Source: Macrostomum lignano (lineage: Eukaryota). From it: 30,087 nt of DNA. Location of the stretch: assembly GCA_002269645.1 (NCBI GenBank), contig NIVC01004345.1, forward strand, positions 1-30,087, given 5' to 3'. The position numbers were made by a program, and so were the translations under genes. Positions 21,844 through 30,087 of this stretch are shown here, one piece after another. The notes under the pieces were generated by a model, which was given only the letters and a program-made list of their open reading frames with translations, did not search any database and was not told the origin of the DNA. Numbering within the stretch: position 1 is the stretch's first letter; every line of letters starts with the position of its first letter.

Positions 21844-24415
21844 ATGGCACCCTTTAGTGGAATTAAAAAGGTAAGACTTTTTTCTTAATTGATGCATGTT
21901 TCAGACGTTAATAACGCGCCTTAATCGGGCACCCGAAGTCCCTGGGTTCGAATCCGCTTGATCGAGTACATTGTCTAACGCACAGTCATCCAAGGACTGT
22001 GTCTGCTTTGGGATCAATTAGTCAGAAGAAATTAGAAGATCGAAATTCTCTGTGATGAAGTTGTAATTGTGAACTTTAACATATCAGAATGTAAATTGGG
22101 AACTTTTCACCCCGCAGGTCACCCTCGAGGAGGAAGGTGCAAATCTGAGGCCGTCAACTCGGCAAAAGCTGACTCGCTTCGCTCCGGCTCTGGTCATCTT
22201 GCTGCTTTCTGTTCTGCTTCTAGTGTTCATTCTGCTCTACGCTTTGGTGCCGAAAGCAGCTGACCAACGGAAGCCAGATGTGTGCACCAGCAAGGACTGC
22301 ATCAGCACGAGCGCTATGCTGGACAGAAGCGTCGACTTTACGGTGGATCCGTGCCACGACTTCTACAGCTTTGCCTGCGGCGGCTTCTTCAAGAGTCACC
22401 CGTTCACCGTGGCGACAATCGACCGTGGAATTAGCAGATTTGATCAAAATACAAAAACCTTTGAGGGCCAATTCTTTGAATTATTGTATGATAAAAATCT
22501 GACTAAATCGAAAGACCCTGAGATTGACAAACTGTTTCAAGCAGCCAGGTACTTTTTTACGACCTGTGCTGCCGCAATGCGACCGAAAAGTGACTGGGCG
22601 TCCCGGCCAGAGTTGCTACCGAAGGGCTGGAATTATTCTTCCAATGCCATTACGGTAAGCAGCGTCATCAACCGTCTAATTAAATACCTGGACAATTTCA
22701 CCAGCGTGGAAGACTTCATGGCCAGACTCGTCAAGATTAACTCGTCCGGGTTTCTACAGTTGTCCGTCAATGCTCACGCGAGATTGAAAATGGTGGTCAA
22801 ACGGAAGCGATGGCTTCCATTTAATTCGCCTATTGTGACTCTACCGACTGTGAACTGGTTCGGCACAAATAATCTGTCACTCGCTGATTATATACGAAGG
22901 ATGGAAGCAGCTGGTGTACAGCTGGAACTCAATTCAGCTGTCGACGATCTGCAGATTTTAGAAAGCAATATTTCAGCGTTGTTTGCAAGTTTCGATTCAG
23001 ACAACTCAGCCTTCCAAGGCACTGCAGCAGTCGCTGATGACGCTGTGATTGCTAATTTCAGTGGCACCTCTTTTCGGTGGACAAAATTTATCGATAACTT
23101 GGATGGTCAAAACCCACGGTTAAATAATGATAGCAGGCTTGTGATCGAAAGTTTTTCATTCTTGATGAGATTGCTTGAGCAGCTGGAGCCTGAGTTGCAA
23201 TCGAGAAGCGGAATTTTATATGACTACTTTAGACTGCAGGCGGCGATGCTGGTGGGGAATGAGCTGGTAACGGGTAAGCAAATTGCCCCATCACAGCACA
23301 TAGTTGATACTCACCAACTGCAGATTGACTTCGCTACAGACTGCGCAAAACTGACGAGAACCTTAGTGCCAGCAATTGTGTACGAAATGTTCCGCAAGAC
23401 CTACTCTGACGAAAGCTACACGAAGGCCGATGAAGTGATTGCAAACGTCAAGCAGGCAATGCTGGAGAACGTGCGCAAAGCTTCGTGGATTTCGTCGACA
23501 GTAAAAAAATCAATCGAGGCCAAGATCATCGCGATCAGCCGCTTGCATTACTTTCCACAGATTCCTTTGGAAGAGATGAAGAAATTCTACGGCTCCTTGA
23601 ACCTATTTGAAAAGCTACAAAATTCCAAAACATTAGCAGACGTAATTTGGATCTCTTTTGAAGTCAAATACGTGAATAAAATTTGGTTTCTTACGACAGA
23701 TAACCCCGACAACGCTGGCTTAGTCACGCCCCATCTCTTTGATTTGATGGACATCAATGCATTTTATGAATTTAATTTGAATGTAATCTACATCCTGCCA
23801 GGAATGCTATTCACCTATGTGTACAGCAATGGGCCTTATCCCGACTACCTGCTGTACGGTGGGCTGGGTGACACCATTGGTCATGAGATCGGGCACGCCT
23901 TCGACCGGGACAAATTTGAACAGGATTTCGAGGCGCATTCAGCGGACCCTGAAGTCACCCGAACGCTGCAGCAGTACAATTATCGAACTCAGTGCCTAAT
24001 TGATTCGTACAATGACTTGATTGAGTCCCAGGCCGTCGGATTTCGCAAAGGAATTGGAAATCAAACGGCCTCCGAAAACTTTTCAGACATTGTTGGCATC
24101 AATGCCGCATTCCGCGCTTACAAAACTCGGGAGAGCCGCTCTGGAAAGTCTGGAAAGACGCCCCAGCTGCTGCCAAGTCGGCTATTGTCAAATCTGACAT
24201 TTGATCAGCTGTTCTTTGTTCAGAGTGCCCAGTTCTACTGTTTCAAAGCTGGCACCGAGCGGATCCGGCAGCTGTACGCTGCAGACCGGCACTCGCCACC
24301 GCGACCTCGGTATAACGGACTAGCGATGCATTCCCGGGACTTTGCTACCGTTTTCAACTGCAAACTGGGGGATCCCATGTACCTGAGCGATGACAGAAAG
24401 TGCTCATTCTGGTAA
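21844..24415 (+). CDS. Neprilysin/endothelin-converting-enzyme-like M13 zinc metallopeptidase, type II membrane, ~774 aa; join(21844..21870,22118..24415)
   Basis: Exon 1 MAPFSGIKK|GTAAGA, acceptor CCCGCAG at 22117, phase 0. TM segment, CTSKDC, DPCHDFYSFACG, INAFY, HEIGH (23882-23896), ENFSD (from 24074), HSPPRPR, terminal CSFW. The ORF-track start at 22199 is a TTG, not the real start. Confidence 0.93.
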
Positions 24416-24599
24416 TTTTTAACTCGTATTCGCAATTACATTCTGCTAACTGATTTGCCATCTCATTTAGCCGGATATGTTTAAAGAAAAATGATTGAAA
24501 AACAACCTACGGAGCAATCTACCTGTACGGAGGCTGCGGTTGAGAAGAGTTCAGTATTTGAAGGTTCTTATTAATGTCAAACGGTTGCAACTTTGCCAC

Positions 24600-24765
24600 C
24601 GTGATGAGCACAGGTGTTGAGCATGGGTTATGAGCACAGGTGATGAACACGAGTGTGTGAGCATGGGTGATGAGCACGGGTGTTGAGCACAGGTGTTGAG
24701 CACGGGTGATGAGCACAGGTTATAAGCATGGGTGATGAGCACGGGTGATGAGCACGGGGATGAGT
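24600..24765. repeat. 12-13-bp minisatellite GGTG(A/T)TGAGCAC(A/G)
   Basis: Direct inspection. Confidence 0.9.
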
Positions 24766-25119
24766 GAAGTGAAACGAAAGCGCCGTTAGCTAGAGGATGG
24801 GAGAAATCAGCCGACACGCGCGGGATGCGTGATCAAGCATCCAGCCTTGGCAGAAACTCCCCAGATGCAAAAGATCTTCATGCCTAAAAATAGCCCTGAG
24901 CGTGAAGCCCAGCCATGCGACCTTCGAGTGTTGCATGAATCTCCTCTGGGCGACGGCTCCTATTGGGCCTCCCCATTCCACTTTCTTCCCCTATTCCTCC
25001 TTGCTCGCGAACAGTGTGTTAGCTTACATAATATAGAGGAAACATCCTCGCCAGAAGTTTGAGAGAATCTGACTCTATAGATCACACGGAGAAAGTACCT
25101 TGAGTCCATTGCTCGACCA

Positions 25120-25126
25120 ACTGACT

Positions 25127-25158
<32 letters not shown>

Positions 25159-25561
25159 GACTGACTGACTGACTGACTGACTGACTGACTGACTGACTGA
25201 CTGACTGACTGACTGACTGACTGACTGACTGACTGACTGACTGACTGACTGACTGACTGACTGACTGACTGACTGACTGACTGACTGACTGACTGACTGA
25301 CTGACTGACTTGAGTGAGTGGGTGACTGACTGACTGACTGACTGACTGACTGACTGACTGACTGACTGACTGACTGACTGACTGACTGACTGACTGACTG
25401 ACTGACTGACTTGAGTGAGTGGGTGACTGACTGACTGACTGACTGACTGACTGACGGACTGACTAACTGACTGACTGACTGACTGACTGACTGACTGACT
25501 GACTGACTGACTGACTGACTTGAGTGAGTGGGTGACTGACTGACTGACTGACTGACTGACT

Positions 25562-25612
<51 letters not shown>

Positions 25613-26146
25613 TTGAGTGAGTGGGTGACTGACTGACTGACTGACTGACTGACGGACTGACTAACTGACTGACTGACTGACGGACTGACTAACTGACTGA
25701 CTGACTGACTGACTGACTGACTGACTGACTGACTGACTGACTGACTGACTGACTGACTGACTGACTGACTGACTGACTGACTGACTGACTGACTGACTGA
25801 CTGACTGACTGACTGACTGACTGACTGACTGACTGACTGACTGACTGACTGACTGACTTGAGTGAGTGGGTGACTAACTGACTGACTGACTGACTTGAGT
25901 GAGTGGGTGACTGACTGACTGACGGACTGACTAACTGACTGACTGACTGACTGACTGACTGACTGACTGACTGACTGACTGACTGACTGACTGACTGACT
26001 GACTGACGGACTGACTAACTGACTGACTGACTGACTGACTGACTTGAGTGAGTGGGTGACTGACTGACTGACTGACTGACTTGAGTGAGTGGGTGACTGA
26101 CTGACTGACGGACTGACTAACTGACTGACTGATTGACTGACTGACT

Positions 26147-26197
<51 letters not shown>

Positions 26198-26853
26198 TTG
26201 AGTGAGTGGGTGACTGACTGACTGACTGACTGACTGACTGACGGACTGACTAACTGACTGACTGACTGACGGACTGACTAACTGACTGACTGACTGACTG
26301 ACTGACTGACTGACTGACTGACTGACTGACTGACTGACTGACTGACTGACTGACTGACTGACTGACTGACTGACTGACTGACTGACTGACTGACTGACTG
26401 ACTGACTGACTGACTGACTGACTGACTGACTGACTGACTGACTGACTTGAGTGAGTGGGTGACTAACTGACTGACTGACTGACTTGAGTGAGTGGGTGAC
26501 TGACTGACTGACGGACTGACTAACTGACTGACTGACTGACTGACTGACTGACTGACTGACTGACTGACTGACTGACTGACTGACTGACTGACTGACTGAC
26601 TGACTGACTGACTGACGGACTGACTAACTGACTGACTGACTGACTGACTGACTTGAGTGAGTGGGTGACTGACTGACTGACTGACTGACTTGAGTGAGTG
26701 GGTGACTGACTGACTGACGGACTGACTAACTGACTGACTGACTGACTGACTGACTGACTGACTGACTGACTGACTGACTGACTGACTGACTGACTGACTG
26801 ACTGACTGACTGACTGACTGACTGACTGACTGACTGACTGACTGACTGACTGA
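25120..26853. repeat. ~1.73-kb compound (GACT)n satellite with recurring TTGAGTGAGTGGGT and GACGGACTGACTAAC variant blocks
   Basis: Direct inspection; explains the SQSV ORFs. Confidence 0.97.
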
Positions 26854-26854
26854 G

Positions 26855-29116
26855 CTGGATCCAGAGCCAATTAGAGACCAAGCAGCCCCTGCGTTCCAGT
26901 TTAGAGCCACTCGTCTGCTCCTCGGGGTGCTCGTGGGGCTAATTACCCCGGTTCTTCTGGTTTACATACTGCTGCACATCCGTGAGAGTTCGTCAGCCAA
27001 GTCGGTTCCTGCACAGCAGCCCAGCCTGTGCACCAGCGAGGCCTGCATCAGTGCAAGCGCACTGCTGCAGAGCCACGTGGACCTGTCCGCGGAACCGTGC
27101 CAAGACTTCTACAGCTTCGCCTGCGGCGGCTTCCAGTAGAGCCACCCCTTCACCGCCGAGACAGTCAACTCAACAGTGAAGGAGGACAACTCAATTCAAG
27201 GAAATCTATTCGAAATTATGTACTTTAAAACCTTGCCAAAGCCTCGAAACGAAATTGAAGCAGAGATGTTCCAGACTCTGCGGTACATGTACGGGACCTG
27301 CGAGGACTAGCTCTGGCACATCTCCAGCCTACTGAAGTCGAAGAGAGACGAGTTCCTACCGATGGGCTGGAGACATAACAAGCATAATTTCAACATAACA
27401 TCTCTGGCTGGGCCACTGCTGAGATACCTGGAGGATTTCTCAGGGACTGAAGACTTTGTGGCCAGACTGGCTGTGTCCGGCCTATCGGGCCTTCTGCAGC
27501 TGGCGGAGTACCGGGTGGGTACGGACGAGGGCCCGGCGAAGGGGCTGATACTGGAGCCAATGCAGAAGCAAGAGACCATGAGCTTCAAATGGTACTACCT
27601 GTTCAGGCATTTGCAAAGTCCGCTGGAAAAGTTTAGCCAGCTAATTCATTTGAAGCTCACAGCTCCGATAAATTTGGCGCTTTCGACGGTGAGAGAAATC
27701 AACTACGCTGACGCCAAGTCGCGCCCATTTGGACCCGCGAGCGTTCGCCGGCTCCACAATTTATTCCAAGCAGACCCGCAGATCACTTTCAACTGGACTG
27801 AGTTCGTAGTCGCACTGGGAAGACAGTCGGGCAATCGAATTTCTCTGTCGACGAACTTTTTTATTAGGAAAATGCTGCTTTTTGTAGACGTTATCGCAAA
27901 GCTGGATAGCGAGCTGAAGGCCAGAAAGGGACCTCTGTATGACTTTATAAGGCAGGAGGCCGCTCTCTCGGTTGTGAACTTCCTGCCAGACGAAGAATCG
28001 TTTCAAGCGCTAAAGAATTTGTTTGGAGAGCAGAAGTTCCTTGTAAATCAATACGAGGGATGGCGAAACGTCTTCGTAGCTTCTATAGTCTGCATGCAGA
28101 TGTCGCTGGAGACCATGCCCACAGTGGCATTCGAGATGTTCACCAGCGCCTTCGTGAACGACAGCTTCGACTCGGTGAAGAGTATGTTAGCGAGCCATGA
28201 AGCGTAGCGTGGACGAAGAGTCCTGGATTCGACTGCCGAGCAAAATGTCAATCAATAGTAAACTGGACGCTCTACAGAGCACCGTGTCCTATACCCCCGC
28301 TTCAACATGTCCGAGTTCACGGAGGTCTACTCAAACTTGAGCAATCGAGTCCGGCATTGCGAGTCATTCGGCCAAATCATTCTGGTGTACAAGAGCGCCT
28401 TGGTAAAGAATCAACTCTGGTACTTGAGCACCAATCAGCCGAAGCGGAGAGCCAAGGAGATCTTCGAAGATGCAATGGCAGTAAACTCTGGGTACTCGGA
28501 GGTTGACAACGCAATCTTCATTTACCTGGGACTGCTGCGAACCCAAATCTACTTGAAGGGCTCCCCGACTACCTGCTGTACGGAGGCGTCGGCAGCGTCA
28601 CCGGTTACGAGATCGGGCACGCCTTCGACTGGAACGGACGCCACTTTGATGGCAGCGGACAAAAACTTTCCTCAACGATATTTGATGGCGACACGGAGGA
28701 GGAGTACCGCAGTCGGAGTCAGTGCCTCATCAAATCGTATGATCAGCTGATCAGCTCAGAACTTGGTATACTCGGAAAGAAAGGCAACCAAACGGTCACT
28801 GAGAACTTTGCAGACATTGTGGGCGTCAATGCGGCATTCGTGCATACAGAGCGAGTGCAGCTCGATCGCTGAGGTCAGGGAAGTCGAGTGAGAAGGTGAG
28901 AAGCTGTCAGGTCTGACACATGAGCAGCTGTTCTTCATCCAGGATGCTCAGTTTCACTGCGCGAAGGCTGAGAAGAAGACTCAGCGTCAACAGTTCGGCT
29001 CGGACCCGCACACGCCTCCGAGGGCGATGCACTCGAATGGCTTCGCCAAGGTGTTCAGCTGCAAGCCGGGAGATGCCATGTACCTGAGCGATGACAGCAA
29101 GTGCCACTTCTGGTGA
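26855..29116 (+). pseudogene. M13/neprilysin-like pseudogene copy 3 (near full length)
   Basis: In-frame from 26855: TM, LCTSEAC, EPCQDFYSFACGG; premature TAG at 27137-27139 and 27308-27310; frameshifts near 28190, 28295, 28562 and later; GYEIGH (28603-28620), ENFAD, terminal KCHFW stop 29114-29116. Confidence 0.9.
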
Positions 29117-30087
29117 TCAGGAGACTGTGTAATGCTTTTTTATTTCGAGTTAAATTTGACAGTTCTCTAGTTGGTTTTATTCACCTTGATCAGTTTTTTT
29201 CTATATTGTACTAGTATTAAATCTGCGCATGATTCATTGCTTCTGTCAGTTCACCGCTAATTTATGTACTCAAATCGAAATTTTGTTGAGTTACTACATG
29301 TACATTAATAAAGCCTTTGATCAAGTTTGAAGAGTTTCGACCTACATGCAATCTACTTTTGTATTATTGTAATATTTTGAAGCTTTACAATAATAACGGA
29401 AGATTACAGCACTGCTAGAAAGTAATTTTGAGTGACTGGAATATATTAATGATTTTTTTCAGCTATGGCAGAGTATAAGCAATGGAATTGCCCTCACGAT
29501 AACAAAAACAGAGACCACATCACCATAAGCAACGCGGGTAAACAGAGGAGCCTAAATGACAGCAAAGGTTAAAAATTTGTAAAGTCAGGCGCGAGTTGAC
29601 TGACCAGGCTTGATAAATTTGAGGCTGGAGCAGCCAGGTAGGCAGACAGGAATTGAGACTCTCTGAACATGCAAACCTGACTACTGCTAACAACGATCTA
29701 AGTAAGTAGTATGACAGAAGAAACGAATTTAAATGAAGAACAGCTTTAAAACAGAGAATGAAGAAATTCAAGCGAAAATAATATAGCACAAATAAGAAAG
29801 TGCTCAACTACCTGACGATTTGGATAATTAATCACTGATACAGTTTTAATACGGAATCAAATCGATTATTGGTGGAATTAACATGCCAGTTTGTGCTGTC
29901 TTCTGTTGTTAAATTTCGTTTTTAAAAAACCGTAGTTGTGAGTCATTAATAAAATTCGACAAGTGAAGTGAATTATGAACTGGTTACCAAGGACCCTCAA
30001 ATGCGGAAGCTGTCCCTTTGCCGTCGATATGCTCAGGCGCAGGTAGAAATCCGAGCCGACACCCTGCATGTTTCGAAGGTGAGGCGG

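Noticed and set aside
21925-21970. tRNA gene
   Set aside because: Only the T-loop/B-box is present; no acceptor stem, D-arm or anticodon arm could be folded.
11724-24415. Functional module of a peptide-gated DEG/ENaC plus a neuropeptide-degrading M13 peptidase
   Set aside because: Adjacency in an animal genome is not evidence of co-function, an unrelated gene lies between them, and peptide gating is unshown.
29520-30069. Short minus-strand ORFs at the right edge
   Set aside because: No recognisable motifs; might be part of a gene outside the window but cannot be supported.

Overview
Animal (eukaryotic) genomic DNA: spliced genes with GC-rich codons, AT-rich spacers and many micro/minisatellites. 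The style suggests a free-living flatworm such as Macrostomum; this is inference only. From left to right: (i) 1-3953, two 5'-truncated Penelope-like retroelements (PLEs, minus strand), each bounded by (GA)n/(TC)n tracts. Both carry a minimal hammerhead ribozyme and the same 3'-terminal motif, and their GIY-YIG domain appears to sit N-terminal to a motif I recall from the RT-EN linker. (ii) 4.3-7.5 kb, several satellites and a canonical-looking Helitron 3' end. (iii) 7827-10333, the 5' half of a non-LTR retrotransposon (ORF1 plus the first residues of an APE endonuclease) lying in register inside a 20-bp minisatellite. (iv) A 3-exon DEG/ENaC channel gene (+) with unusual pore residues and a 29-nt intron. 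(v) A 4-exon TTLL10-like tubulin ligase gene (-). (vi) Three tandem M13/neprilysin-like genes (+): one intact, flanked by two disrupted copies with YEIGH in place of HExxH, plus a 1.7-kb (GACT)n array abutting the third copy. Several single-base frameshifts fall in homopolymers and could be long-read assembly errors. All exon models and family calls were made by eye and need HMM/RNA-seq confirmation.
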